This document shows, in pieces, positions 27,177 to 38,355 of a stretch of DNA of 64,000 nt; position 1 is the first letter of the stretch, and the number at the start of each line of letters is the position of its first letter. Position numbers and translations under genes: made by a program. Source of the DNA: Methanobacteriota archaeon (GTDB lineage: Archaea; Methanobacteriota; Methanobacteria; Methanobacteriales; Methanobacteriaceae); contig CAWBCJ010000029.1 in NCBI GenBank assembly GCA_963787255.1, positions 64,001 through 128,000 of the forward strand. Reading direction: 5' to 3'. The notes below the pieces were generated by a model. The model was not told the origin of the DNA. It saw nothing but the letters and a program-made list of their open reading frames with translations, and ran no database searches.

Positions 27177-27239
27177 ATAATAATCTCCTATTACATTTTG
27201 AGCTCCTCATATGGATCATTATAAATTTAATTCTTTAAA

Positions 27240-28175
27240 TTATAAATTTTTATTCTCAGCATCTTCCCAACGGAATATGTCCAATAATTTATCCTTTTTA
27301 CCCCAAAATATTATTATTAATGCAATTAAAACTGCCAAAACTGTTCCCAGTATATTACTGGATGGATCTAGTGGAGTTGAAAATACTGATGGCAAATTAC
27401 CAAGCCCTGCATCAGGTGTATTAATTATAAGTGCCACGTAGAGATTATTTGTTATGTGAATTCCTGCAGCTGTTTCTATGCTGTTTTCGCCTAAAGTTAT
27501 TATTCCTAGCATTAATCCAACAATAAATGTATCTAGAAGTATAAATGAACTAAATATAATATTAGTTCCATTAAACCAATGCAAGCTCGCAAAAATGATT
27601 GATGTGGCTAATAGCGGAATGATAGGCTTTTTACTTAGCAGTCCAAATCCCTGCATTAAATATCCTCTAAAAAACAACTCTTCAAAGAACGCCTGTATTG
27701 GAAATATAATCAAACTTAGGATAAGTAAAATTCCAAAGGTCTGGGGGTTAAATGTAAACTGATAACTTCCAGGATCAGTTAAAAAACTTAAAAGTGTGAA
27801 TAAACTTAAAATAAAAAACCATAAACCTGCTCCTTTGAATATTCTTCTCCAGCTAATTTTTGATTTAATTGTAATTACAGATATTAAACTTCTTTTATGA
27901 ATAAAACGCACTGCAATATAGAAAAACAGGAAACTGAATACATAAATTATCCCTACCAGCGCAAGAAAAGTGAATGGTTCGTAAAGCATGCTTTCCATTC
28001 CCAGAAGACTTTCCGGGCCGGACTGCAGAGCCACAATAAGCATGTAAATTATTAAAATTACTGCTGAAATTAATCCGGGAATTAAAAATGTCAGCAAAAT
28101 AGTTATAATGTATCTCCACCCGTTGTTTTTACCTGATTCTGCGTTGTATAGAAATGGGATGTTTGAAATAATCAT
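27240..28175 (-). CDS. CPBP (Abi/CAAX) intramembrane metalloprotease
   Basis: EELFFRGY, FASLH, H..NN motifs; multiple TM helices. Confidence 0.9.
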   Translation of the reverse strand: MIISNIPFLYNAESGKNNGWRYIITILLTFLIPGLISAVILIIYMLIVALQSGPESLLGMESMLYEPFTFLALVGIIYVFSFLFFYIAVRFIHKRSLISVITIKSKISWRRIFKGAGLWFFILSLFTLLSFLTDPGSYQFTFNPQTFGILLILSLIIFPIQAFFEELFFRGYLMQGFGLLSKKPIIPLLATSIIFASLHWFNGTNIIFSSFILLDTFIVGLMLGIITLGENSIETAAGIHITNNLYVALIINTPDAGLGNLPSVFSTPLDPSSNILGTVLAVLIALIIIFWGKKDKLLDIFRWEDAENKNL

Positions 28176-28318
28176 TCCTCCTTAATTAGCTTAATAGATC
28201 AATAATTTTATTTATAAACATTAATAAAAATTGTTGAACGCTACCATAAATGAATATAATTATATGGGATTTTAGTTAAATATCTAAAAACGTCAAAATT
28301 CATTTATCAGGTTAAATT

Positions 28319-29476
28319 ATGGATATAAAAACTATACATGAAGGACTTGTAGAAATCAAAACGCCTGAATTTGATAAAATATCATCAAAAGCGCCCGTAT
28401 TTTACAACCCTGTAATGGAACTAAACAGAGATTTATCAATACTCGCCATTAAGACTTATCAAGAAAATTTAGGACATGAAATCAGTATATGTGACGCATT
28501 TGGAGGAAGTGGAATCAGAGGTGTAAGGTATGCAAAAGAAATTGATAAAGTTGAAAATGTTGTTATCACTGATATAAATCCTCTTGCAGTCCAGTTTGCC
28601 CAGGAAAATATAGAATTAAACGGATTAAACAATGTTAAGGTTTATAAAGAGGATGCAAATATTTTACTCAGGAAATGCAGGGGGAAATTTGACATTGTAG
28701 ACATTGATCCTTTCGGTACTCCTTCTCCTTTTATTGAATCTGCAGGAATAAGCCTGAAAGCAGGTGGAATGCTGTGTGTAACTGCAACAGACACTTCAGG
28801 ATTATGTGGAACTTACAAAGAGCCATGCATACGGAAATACAGTGCAATGCCCCTTAAAACTGAATACTGTCACGAGTTAGGTATCAGAATTCTTGCTGGC
28901 TTCATTGCACGGACATTATCTAAGTTTAAAAAATGTATTGAAGTGAAATTTGCCCACAGCAGCGAGCATTACATGAGAATATATGCCGTGGTGCGTAAAG
29001 GAGCCAAAATAACTGATGAGTCCCTAAAAAATATTGGATACATTTTAAACTGCAATAATTGTCTTAACCGGATGATAGTTAAGGGCATTACTCCCCAAAT
29101 TGGTCTGGATTGTCCTGTTTGTGGAAAAAAATTCAAAACTGCAGGGCCGTTATGGTGCGGTGATATTTCAAAACCCGATTTTATAAAAGGAATGCTGGAA
29201 AATATAGAAAAAACTAGTATAAATCAAGAAAATAAAGCTTTAAAGCTTCTTAATTTTGTCTATGATGAATCTGAAGCTCCTGCCACTCATTATGATCTCC
29301 ACGAAATCTCTAGAAATTTAAAAATAAGCGCACCCAAGCTTATAGATGTTCTGGATTCCCTAAAAGAAATGGGTTACTTTGCATCAAGAACTCATTTTAA
29401 ACCAACTGGAATTAAAACAGATGCACCTGTAGATAAAATAAAAGAGATTTTTTTAGACCGGAAAATTGAAAAGTAG
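28319..29476 (+). CDS. trm1: tRNA (guanine-26, N2)-dimethyltransferase
   Basis: VFYNP.MELNRD, SGIRG.RY, DIDPFGTP, TATD, E.G.RIL, RTHF. Confidence 0.95.
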   Translation: MDIKTIHEGLVEIKTPEFDKISSKAPVFYNPVMELNRDLSILAIKTYQENLGHEISICDAFGGSGIRGVRYAKEIDKVENVVITDINPLAVQFAQENIELNGLNNVKVYKEDANILLRKCRGKFDIVDIDPFGTPSPFIESAGISLKAGGMLCVTATDTSGLCGTYKEPCIRKYSAMPLKTEYCHELGIRILAGFIARTLSKFKKCIEVKFAHSSEHYMRIYAVVRKGAKITDESLKNIGYILNCNNCLNRMIVKGITPQIGLDCPVCGKKFKTAGPLWCGDISKPDFIKGMLENIEKTSINQENKALKLLNFVYDESEAPATHYDLHEISRNLKISAPKLIDVLDSLKEMGYFASRTHFKPTGIKTDAPVDKIKEIFLDRKIEK

Positions 29477-29545
29477 ATGGTCTTTCTTGATATTTAAATA
29501 AAAAAAGAAAAATTAAATAGTTTAAATTATATTAAACTGTTTAAT

Positions 29546-30241
29546 TTATTCGTAATTTATCAGTCCATGTGTATAATAATACTGAAGCTCTGAAGCGTGC
29601 TGTAATTCAAAGTTTCTGTACGGTAGACTGAAATACGGGAAAATCATTCCTTTTAAAGTATAATAATAAGCCGGAATTATTCCGTATTCTCTTCTAGCTA
29701 TATCAAAGTATAATGGATATCCGCATCCTTGAGTAAAAATTGGATTACCGCTTCTTGCTGTTCCATGCCATACCATTGGAATTGGACCTTGCTGACCGTG
29801 CTGTTTTGCTAATTTATTTACATGAGCCATTGCCTCATCGTATGTGTTAAATATTTGTCCATCGGACTTATACTTATATCTACCATCAGGAACGCCAAAA
29901 ATAGCCACTTTAATAGAATCAAACCAATCAACGCTATTATATGTTTGTGCAGTTCCTTGAGTATCTATAAAAGCCATTTCAATTATAAACACATCATCTT
30001 CCATATAACTCCTGTAATTGGAACTTCCTGCAAAATGAACTACCAATGCACATTTTGAATTTCTTTCTTCAGCATAATTAGCTAAAAGCTGGGAGTGAGG
30101 ATGACCGGGATACATATCCGGGTTTGCCAATTTAACAAATCCAAGTCTTCCTAATGGTTCAATATTACCATTTAAGCTTGCGATATAAATATAACCTCCT
30201 AATAACAGAAGGATAACTACAATAACTATTCCCCATCTCAT
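29546..30241 (-). CDS. Membrane-anchored hypothetical protein
   Basis: 231-aa ORF with N-terminal hydrophobic anchor; AGGTGA RBS. Confidence 0.75.
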   Translation of the reverse strand: MRWGIVIVVILLLLGGYIYIASLNGNIEPLGRLGFVKLANPDMYPGHPHSQLLANYAEERNSKCALVVHFAGSSNYRSYMEDDVFIIEMAFIDTQGTAQTYNSVDWFDSIKVAIFGVPDGRYKYKSDGQIFNTYDEAMAHVNKLAKQHGQQGPIPMVWHGTARSGNPIFTQGCGYPLYFDIARREYGIIPAYYYTLKGMIFPYFSLPYRNFELQHASELQYYYTHGLINYE

Positions 30242-30597
30242 TTATTCACCTATACCTCTAAAAGCATTATTTTTTTATTGTAATATTCTTAATTCAATGA
30301 AAATTCAGTAATAATAATCAAATCTTTCCCATTTTCCTAAGCATATTTCTCAGGGAAAGTTCGTTAAATATCATTTCACATCATAGTAATTAAATTTTGT
30401 CCCAACTTTATCACAATTTTAAAATTACAATTTACAAAAAAAAGCATTGAAGCATTTTAATTGAAAAATAAATATTATATAACATCATATTAACTTTTCA
30501 CTTTTTATGCTTTTTTCTTCTTCTTTAGTAAAATGATTTATATAAAATAAGGCTCATAAGAAAGATTGGCTTATGCCCAAAATAAAATGGAGGTGAC

Positions 30598-31287
30598 ATG
30601 ACCATGGATATTGGTGAAATAGTTGGAGATGCCATTAGATACCCATCTCAAGACTGGAAAAAAGTAGTAATACTCGGAGTACTCTTTATCTTGAACGTGA
30701 TAATTATTGGAGTGCTTTTCTGGCCAGGATACTTACTTAGAGTACTTAAAGCAACTTTAGCTGGTTCCGATGAACTCCCTGAATTTGATGATTGGGGCGG
30801 AATGGTTGTAGATAGTCTTAAATTAATTGTAGTTTCTATTGTATACTTTATAATACCGGCAGCGATAGCATTTATAGGCATATGGGCCTCAATTGGGTCA
30901 ATGATTGCGATGCAGAACGTAGGAGTTGTTTCCCCAGTGGCATTTATGGGCCTACTGAGCGGAGCGGTCATCATAGCAGCGATAATAGGGATAATAATTG
31001 CCCTAATTTATTACATGGCAATAGTAAACATGGCATATAATGACAGTGAAATCGGCGCAGCATTCAGATTTAGCGAAATCATGGATTTAATCTCTGCAAT
31101 TGGATGGGCAGACTATATAATATGGTATATAGTCATGATCGTCATTGGAGTTGTCATAGGAATTATAACAAGTATTATAGGTATTATTCCAATACTTGGT
31201 TGGATAATAATTCTCTTGATTGTTTATCCATACTCATCTATGCTATATGCAAGATCTCTTGGATTATTAGCTACATCAGAAGTATAA
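30598..31287 (+). CDS. DUF4013 membrane protein
   Basis: MDIGEI..DA.RYP..DWKK; GY..R......LPEFDDW; AAFRFSEI. Confidence 0.88.
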   Translation: MTMDIGEIVGDAIRYPSQDWKKVVILGVLFILNVIIIGVLFWPGYLLRVLKATLAGSDELPEFDDWGGMVVDSLKLIVVSIVYFIIPAAIAFIGIWASIGSMIAMQNVGVVSPVAFMGLLSGAVIIAAIIGIIIALIYYMAIVNMAYNDSEIGAAFRFSEIMDLISAIGWADYIIWYIVMIVIGVVIGIITSIIGIIPILGWIIILLIVYPYSSMLYARSLGLLATSEV

Positions 31288-31470
31288 ACAACTTTTATTT
31301 TTTTATTTTTTTTAATTATATCTATATTTTATAAAATTATATAAAATTTTTACAATATATGTAAATTAAATCATTAATTTAAAAATAATACACAATGTAT
31401 TTAAATAATATTGTAAATATATAAACATTGTTCATAATATTCTTTTTTATATGATATTGCAGTGATAAAA

Positions 31471-31959
31471 ATGAATGAAGAAGAAGCAATTAAGATAGAT
31501 GAAACTGACAAAAAAATCCTTAATTTACTGAGTAAAGATGGTAGAATGTCATACCGGAAAATATCCAGGGAAATGGACATATCAGTCGGTACAGTTCACA
31601 ATCGAGTGGATAAATTCATAAAGGCAGGGATTATAAAAAATTTTGTGCCCCAACTTGACCATTCCAAGCTCGGCTATAAATTAACCACAATAATAGGTGT
31701 AAGAGTAAAAGGGGGCGTTTTAAGAAACTGGGAAAATAAAACTGCCTACCATAAAAATGTTCTGGGGATTTACGACGTAACTGGAGAATTTGATGCCATA
31801 TTACTTGCCAAATTTAAAGATACTACCGAACTTGATTCATTTATTAAAGAACTCCTTAAGGAACCAGATGTGCAGAGAACATACACTCAAACCGTTTTAA
31901 ATATAGTAAAAGAAGAATTAGGATCATCATATATTTTAAATGAAGAAAATGATGATTAA
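31471..31959 (+). CDS. Lrp/AsnC transcriptional regulator
   Basis: DETDKKIL.LL..DGRMSY..I.....S.GTV..RV HTH; YDVTGEFD. Confidence 0.93.
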   Translation: MNEEEAIKIDETDKKILNLLSKDGRMSYRKISREMDISVGTVHNRVDKFIKAGIIKNFVPQLDHSKLGYKLTTIIGVRVKGGVLRNWENKTAYHKNVLGIYDVTGEFDAILLAKFKDTTELDSFIKELLKEPDVQRTYTQTVLNIVKEELGSSYILNEENDD

Positions 31960-31997
31960 TAATTTTAAATCATCATTTACAGCTTTAAAACAAATAT

Positions 31998-32372
31998 TTA
32001 CTTAGAACATCTCTTCAGGAGTACTATAACTGTCTTTTCGTGCTCTTCTTCTGGAGAAATCAATTCAATAAGATCTTCTGAATTAACCGCATCATCTGTA
32101 AGCGATATTACATATTCATCATCCGGTTCTTGAACTACTAGTGCAATGGGAAATATTTCCGCTGCTACAACGCCCTGTTTTTCATTTCTAATTACATAAG
32201 TTTGTATTATAGGATAAATAGTTCTTTTATCTAGTTTAATTACTTTTCCTATATTGGTGTTTATTATTGGTTCTGTAATAGTCTTTATTGTTCTTTTCAT
32301 TTTGTTCATTTCTGTTTTTCTTGAATTATGTACTCCTTTGAACATTTTCCTTGGATTCCTCATGATATTCAT
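31998..32372 (-). CDS. Divergent GerW/YtfJ-like protein lacking the Gly-rich loop
   Basis: IGKVI.L..RTIYPII...EIFPIALVV aligns with the IGE....DKVIIPI...IQPLSVVV core of 32993..33469. Confidence 0.5.
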   Translation of the reverse strand: MNIMRNPRKMFKGVHNSRKTEMNKMKRTIKTITEPIINTNIGKVIKLDKRTIYPIIQTYVIRNEKQGVVAAEIFPIALVVQEPDDEYVISLTDDAVNSEDLIELISPEEEHEKTVIVLLKRCSK

Positions 32373-32377
32373 TTTTA

Positions 32378-32971
32378 TCAGCCTCTCGCTTTTCTAAGTT
32401 CACCAAGCAGTGATCTAACTGGTTTTTTTGTAAAAGCCTTTAGTCCTTCGATTGCTATCCATAAAAGTATTAATTTTAATTCTATTACGAAAGAACCGTC
32501 AATACGTTCTTTATTAAAATCAGGTTCCACATTTAAGTATGCGTTTGGAATAATATTATTTATTAATGAAGCTAAGCCCCATAAATACCCGCTTATAATT
32601 GCTGTATCTGCAGGACTATCAAATCCAATAATAGAATCAATTGATATCTTTTTTACAGAAATAGATCTTAAAAATGCTTTAAATATATTAAAAATATATG
32701 GTAACGATTCTACAGAAAGTGTAATTATCTTTGGAATGCGGTTAAAATCTATTCTTTTTTGCTTTTTTTCCTCTTTAGGTTTTTTCTTCTTTTTATCCGA
32801 AGGAATCTTTCGTTGAATTAATCTTATCTTTAGCCAGCTTACTTTGAAATGCCCCTCATTTACAGAGCCCTTCCTGTAAAGCTGCATTGAAATTTGAAAA
32901 GGAACCACCAGAACCCCTATTAAAATTAAAATAATAATAAGGATTATGATGGCAACTGTTAGGTATGCCAC
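32378..32971 (-). CDS. DUF2953 (YtfI-like) membrane-anchored protein
   Basis: N-terminal TM helix; GFDSPADTAIISG..W; V.PDF motif. Confidence 0.82.
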   Translation of the reverse strand: MAYLTVAIIILIIILILIGVLVVPFQISMQLYRKGSVNEGHFKVSWLKIRLIQRKIPSDKKKKKPKEEKKQKRIDFNRIPKIITLSVESLPYIFNIFKAFLRSISVKKISIDSIIGFDSPADTAIISGYLWGLASLINNIIPNAYLNVEPDFNKERIDGSFVIELKLILLWIAIEGLKAFTKKPVRSLLGELRKARG

Positions 32972-32992
32972 TACTATCCACTCTTTTAATAA

Positions 32993-33469
32993 TTACATTT
33001 CTGAACCAGGCTCTTTAAACTCTTCAGATTCCTCTCCGCCTCCCTTCTTTTTTCCTGCCATTTTCATTCCTTTTTTCATCATTCCGCTAGGTCCACCTTC
33101 TTTTTCTATCATTTGTGTTATTGCATACCCTAAATCTGTTGCTATTTTTGATAGAGGACCCATTCCAGATACAGATAGTATTTGAACTCCTTCAGGGCCT
33201 TCTACGTTTTTAAATACTACTACTACTGATAAGGGTTGTATTCCTGCTCCTCCACCGGCACCTGCTCCTGATCCTTTCTGGCCTTGCATCATACCTCCCA
33301 TTCCGGCCCCAGTTCCAAACGCTAAACCAACTTTAGTTATAGGGATTATTACTTTGTCCCCTATTTCCATTGTTTCTCCTATTACGTTATCTGTTGCTAA
33401 AACCTTTAAAAGTTCATCAACGGTTGTTTTAACCATATCTGTCATGTTTCCCATCATTTCTTCAGCCAT
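32993..33469 (-). CDS. GerW/YtfJ family protein
   Basis: VIGE....DKVIIPITKVGLAFGTGAG...GAGGGAGIQP signature. Confidence 0.88.
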   Translation of the reverse strand: MAEEMMGNMTDMVKTTVDELLKVLATDNVIGETMEIGDKVIIPITKVGLAFGTGAGMGGMMQGQKGSGAGAGGGAGIQPLSVVVVFKNVEGPEGVQILSVSGMGPLSKIATDLGYAITQMIEKEGGPSGMMKKGMKMAGKKKGGGEESEEFKEPGSEM

Positions 33470-33810
33470 GCTAATTATACCTCCAAATAGTTTTTAAATA
33501 GTATTCTATTACCTTTATGTAATACTAAATATATATAATTTATTAATATTCAATATTTTTTGTTCCATTTATATACACTTTTAATTAAAAAATATGCCAA
33601 TATAACTTTTTTTATTAATATACAACATAATATTGAATTTAAGCCAAATAAAATGACTAAAATAGCTCTAAAAGTTATTTAAATTGAAAAAAATACATTA
33701 TTAGGCCCAAAAAGGCAAAATTAAAAAAAGAATAAATAAACCAAAAAAAAGTAATCAAATGATGGATAAATATTATTAATATCATAAAAAATCATAAGTG
33801 GGAGGATCTA

Positions 33811-34735
33811 ATGAAATCAACAGGCGAAAAAATAATAAAAATCATTAAATTAGCACGTTTTCAATTTATATTTGGCGGATTTTTATATTTTTGTCTTGGA
33901 GCATTTTTTGCGGTTTTATTAAACGCAGAGTTTGCTTTAAATAAATTTTTACTCGGTTATGCTATTTTCTTTATGGCACATCTTTCCATGCAATACAGCA
34001 ACGATTATTTTGACATGGAAGCAGATAAACATGGTAATCCCAGCCAATTTGCCGGTGGGAGCGGAATTCTATTAGAAAATCCCGAACTTAAAAATTTTTC
34101 AATATGGTTTTCAATTACACTACTAAGCCTATCATTAATCCTCGCTGCAGTATTTGTGGCAATATTTTCATATTCTATTTGGTTCTTCATATTTGTGGTA
34201 TTTGGTAACTTTTTAGCATTTTTCTATGCAGCTCCCTCCAATTAAACTATCATATAAGGGGCTTGGAGAACTTGCAACAATTTCCATAGGCTTTTTGATG
34301 CCAGCAATGGGCTATTTAACCCTAATGGGAACAATAAATATACCTTTCGTTATTTTCTCCATACCTCTACTCCTTTACCAGCTATTATTCATTAATGCTG
34401 TCCAAATTCCAGATATGGAAGGAGATAAATTAGGAGGTAAAATCACTTGGATTGTAAAAAGAGGACGTATCTTTGGATTTAAAACTATAGCAATTGCCGG
34501 ATCATTAGCCACCCTATCCTTCGTTGCCATTTCTCTTACCAATCTGTATCCCATCACTATTAATTTCAAAGTTATTGCGTTTCTTTCAATTATTCCTCTT
34601 GCTTTTGCAATATTGAGTTATTTAAAAAGATCTGAAGATAGAATGGCTGCAACTACTCTTGTAAATAGAAATCTTTCTTCTTTAATTGCGTTTGTAGCTA
34701 TAATAAACTGTTACTTCATTTACCTCATTGTATAA
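33811..34735 (+). CDS. UbiA/MenA-type prenyltransferase; indel near 34236
   Basis: NDYFD...D, GGSG, YAAPP.KL.Y.GLGE, IPDMEGD...GK.T; two ORFs join after removing one base. Confidence 0.8.
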
Positions 34736-34767
34736 TTTAGTATATAGCAATGATCTGGCGAATAAAG

Positions 34768-36157
34768 ATGAATAACAATGATATCAAAAATACAGTTTTA
34801 ATTACAGTGGTACTTGGATCTTTTCTTATACCATTTATGGGAACATCAATAAACCTTGCACTTCCCTCAATCCAAACAGAATTCTTATTAGATGCTGTTT
34901 TGCTAAGCTGGATTCCAACTGCATTCATTTTAGCTAATGCTACATTAATACTTCCATTTGGAAGATTAGCAGACATACATGGTAGGAAAAAAATCTTTTT
35001 ATATGGCATTATAACCTATACATTTGCCTCATTTCTTGCTTCAATCTCTCCTTCTGGAATCCTACTTCTTATATTTAGCTTTTTACAGGGAATTGGCTGC
35101 TCCATGATTTTTGGAACAGGGATAGCCCTTATTTCTTCAGTTTTCGAACCTAAAGAAAGAGGAAAAGCTTATGGAATTTATGTAGCCTCAGTCTATACTG
35201 GAATTTTTAGTGGATTAATATTAGGAGGATTTTTAATCCAAAGTCTGGGATGGAGAAGTATTTTCATTTTTAATGTCATTTTTGGTCTTTTATTAATATC
35301 AATTGTTTTACTGGAAGTTAAATCAGACTGGACAGGATCCAAAGGAGAAAAATTCGATCTTTTAGGTTCTATACTCTTCTTTTTTACAATATTTGCATTG
35401 GTACAGGGATTTTCAAATCTTACCAATGGAAATTTAGGTAAATATTTACTACTTGTCAGGACTTTTAGGAGCTCTAATCTTTTTAAGGTATGAAAAAAAG
35501 TTAAAATATCCTCTTTTAAAGATATCTATTTTTAAAAACCGAGTATTTACAATTTCAATAATTTCTATCTTAATAATCAATATTGGAACCACTGCAATAA
35601 CCTTTTTATTAAGTCTTTACCTCCAATATCTAAAATTATTAAGTCCTAACACTACAGGGATCATATTAGTCGTACAACCTCTTTCAGTGGCAATTCTATC
35701 TCCATTTGCAGGTAGAATATCAGATAAAATTGATACCCGAATAATTGCCTCAATTGGAATGACAATAACAACCATTGGACTCTACTCATTTACTTTTTTA
35801 AATGAAAATACTTCTTTAAGCTTTATAATTTTGGGATTAATTCTTGTTGGAACGGGGTTAGCTCTTTTTTCATCTCCCGCCACAAATGCAGCCATGAACT
35901 CCGTAGGTAAAAAAATCTATGGAACAGCTTCAGCAACAGTTTCAACTATGGTATTTCTAGGGCAGGTTCTGAGTATGGGAGTTGTAATCCTGATTTTTGC
36001 ATCATATCTTGGAAATGTCCAGATAATTCCCCAGTATTACAACCTGTTTTTAAAAAGCGCAAATACTGCATTTATTGTCTATACCATAGTTTGTTTTATA
36101 GCAATATTTGCACTACTTTTAATTGGTAAAAATAAAATCTCAGTTAATAAAAATTGA
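34768..36157 (+). CDS. MFS (DHA2/EmrB-like) transporter; indel near 35455
   Basis: GRLADIHGRKK motif A, ERGKAYG, about 14 TM helices over two ORFs. Confidence 0.85.
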
Positions 36158-36201
36158 TTGATCTAATGGCTTAATCTAAAAATAACCTATAAAATATTAA
36201 A

Positions 36202-36669
36202 TTAAATTTCAAGGTATTTTTTAATTTTGTTAATAATCTTCATTCGTACATTTTGGGGGACTTTACGAACTCCTTGTTTTGATTTCATGGTACTGAACCC
36301 AAAACATGGGTCTTTAAAAATAATACCTTCAAATTCAATTATTTGCTTGTATCGCGGTATGAAATGCCAGTGTACATGAGGATCGGGATGATCATTAAGA
36401 TAGGATAAATTCATTAGGCAACCCCAATTAAACATTGTTGAATTAAAGGCCTTTTCAAGTGCAGATTGTAAATTTTTAACAATTTTACTAAATTCTTGCC
36501 ATTCTCCATCTTTCAATCTTCCTAAATCGCCTTCATGCCTTTTTAACGCTACAACGCAGGTTCCTAGGTTCTTCTGATCAGGAGCAAGTAAAATAAACCA
36601 GTATTCTGTCTCAACTATTAAATCCCCATAATTATGACCTCGTAATACTTCAAAATGTTCTGAATCCAT
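36202..36669 (-). CDS. HIT family hydrolase
   Basis: PHVHWHFIPRY histidine triad. Confidence 0.88.
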   Translation of the reverse strand: MDSEHFEVLRGHNYGDLIVETEYWFILLAPDQKNLGTCVVALKRHEGDLGRLKDGEWQEFSKIVKNLQSALEKAFNSTMFNWGCLMNLSYLNDHPDPHVHWHFIPRYKQIIEFEGIIFKDPCFGFSTMKSKQGVRKVPQNVRMKIINKIKKYLEI

Positions 36670-36811
36670 ATTAATTATCCCATAGTTCTATTTATGTAAT
36701 TTAAATTTTAAAACTAGACTTTTCTATTTATTTTATTTGTAATAGACCTTTGCAAAATTTTATTAAATTTGTTATATAAACTAATAATATAATGACCTAG
36801 GGGCTAATGTA

Positions 36812-37123
36812 ATGGAATTTGAGAATTTAAAGGATGAATTAAATGAAATGAGTGACAATAAGAGAAATGAAGTTATTATGGGTTTAAGAAAGGACTGTAT
36901 CTGCCATACATGTCCCACATACAATACCTGTACGCGACAAAGCGAAGAACTCCTTTATTGTATGGTAGGAAGCAGTGATTGTCCCATACACGAAAGAAAA
37001 TGTTTATGCCCTCAAGATTGCCCCATATATGAAAGATTTAACTTAAAAAGGTCTTTTTACTGTTCTCTTAATAAAAAAAGGAAAGATCGATTAGTATATA
37101 ATAAAAAAATTATTAGAGTATAA
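36812..37123 (+). CDS. DUF2769 Cys-rich protein
   Basis: CICHTCPTYNTC..LYC..G.S.C....KCLCP.DCPI.......FYC. Confidence 0.8.
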   Translation: MEFENLKDELNEMSDNKRNEVIMGLRKDCICHTCPTYNTCTRQSEELLYCMVGSSDCPIHERKCLCPQDCPIYERFNLKRSFYCSLNKKRKDRLVYNKKIIRV

Positions 37124-37212
37124 AATTTCTTTTAATAGCTCAAAATTGATTTAAAATAAGAAATTACTTACTGTTTGAAAATAAGATATTAACATACAAA
37201 CGGTGTTTTTTT

Positions 37213-38232
37213 ATGACCTCACTAATCTATTCAGACGAATATAGAAAGCATGACACAGGAAATCATCCTGAAAATCAAGAAAGAATTAATGCAATCATGA
37301 GATCACTTAAAGATGAAGATATTTTAGATAAAATCAATGTTACATCTCCACAAGTTGCAACAGAAGGAGATCTTCTAAGAGTTCACACAAAAAACCATGT
37401 TGAATACATTAGAAATTTCTGTGAAAATGGAGGAGGATATATAGATTATGATACCTTTGCAGCACCTGAAAGTTACGAAATAGCCAAGCTTGCTGCTGGT
37501 GGGGCCATCAAAGCGGCAGAAATTGCTTTTAAAAATGATGAAAATGCATATTCCATTGCACGTCCTCCGGGACATCATGCAACTCACAATAAATCTATGG
37601 GGTTCTGCATTTTTAATAATTTGGCCGTTGCATTAGAACACTTGCGGCACAAAAATAACGTGAAAAAATTCCTTATTTTAGACTTTGACGTCCATTTTGG
37701 AAATGGAACCTCACATATATTTTATAATGACCCGAACGTGCTTTATATATCAATACATCAAAATCCAAGAACAATATTCCCCGGATCAGGTTTTGTAGAC
37801 GAAATAGGAAGTGATAATGGTGAAGGATATAATTTAAATATCCCTATGGCTGTTGGATCAACCACTGACGATTATGTTTACATGTTAGATGCAATCCTTG
37901 AGCCTATTGCCTCTAAATTTAATGCAGACTTCTATTTTTTAGATGTTGGATTTGATGGGCATGTAGATGATCCGCTTTCCAGTTTAAGTCTCACAGATGA
38001 TTTTTATGAGTATATAATCCATAAGATGAAAAACATTGCTGGATCTATGGCTTTAATCTTAGAGGGAGGATACAATTTAAATGTTCTTTCAAGATGTAAT
38101 GTTAAAATGATAAATGCATTAAACAATATAAGCAATGATGATTGTTATAAACATGAGCTGACATTAAGGATGGAGAACCAAAATACATTAAATAGAATAA
38201 AAGATGTATTTTCACCATTTTATGAATTTTAA
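37213..38232 (+). CDS. Histone deacetylase/AcuC family protein
   Basis: HPE..ER, RPPGHHA, GFCIFNN, DFDVHFGNGT, GFD.H.DDPL, LEGGY. Confidence 0.93.
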   Translation: MTSLIYSDEYRKHDTGNHPENQERINAIMRSLKDEDILDKINVTSPQVATEGDLLRVHTKNHVEYIRNFCENGGGYIDYDTFAAPESYEIAKLAAGGAIKAAEIAFKNDENAYSIARPPGHHATHNKSMGFCIFNNLAVALEHLRHKNNVKKFLILDFDVHFGNGTSHIFYNDPNVLYISIHQNPRTIFPGSGFVDEIGSDNGEGYNLNIPMAVGSTTDDYVYMLDAILEPIASKFNADFYFLDVGFDGHVDDPLSSLSLTDDFYEYIIHKMKNIAGSMALILEGGYNLNVLSRCNVKMINALNNISNDDCYKHELTLRMENQNTLNRIKDVFSPFYEF

Positions 38233-38355
38233 ATCACTAAAATTTAATCAACTAACAAAATATAAACATAAAATGGTAGTTAAGATAATAATGATTGTAT
38301 TAAATAAGTAAAAGATATATTATTTGCCATTTTTTATGAAGTTAAGGTGATATTT

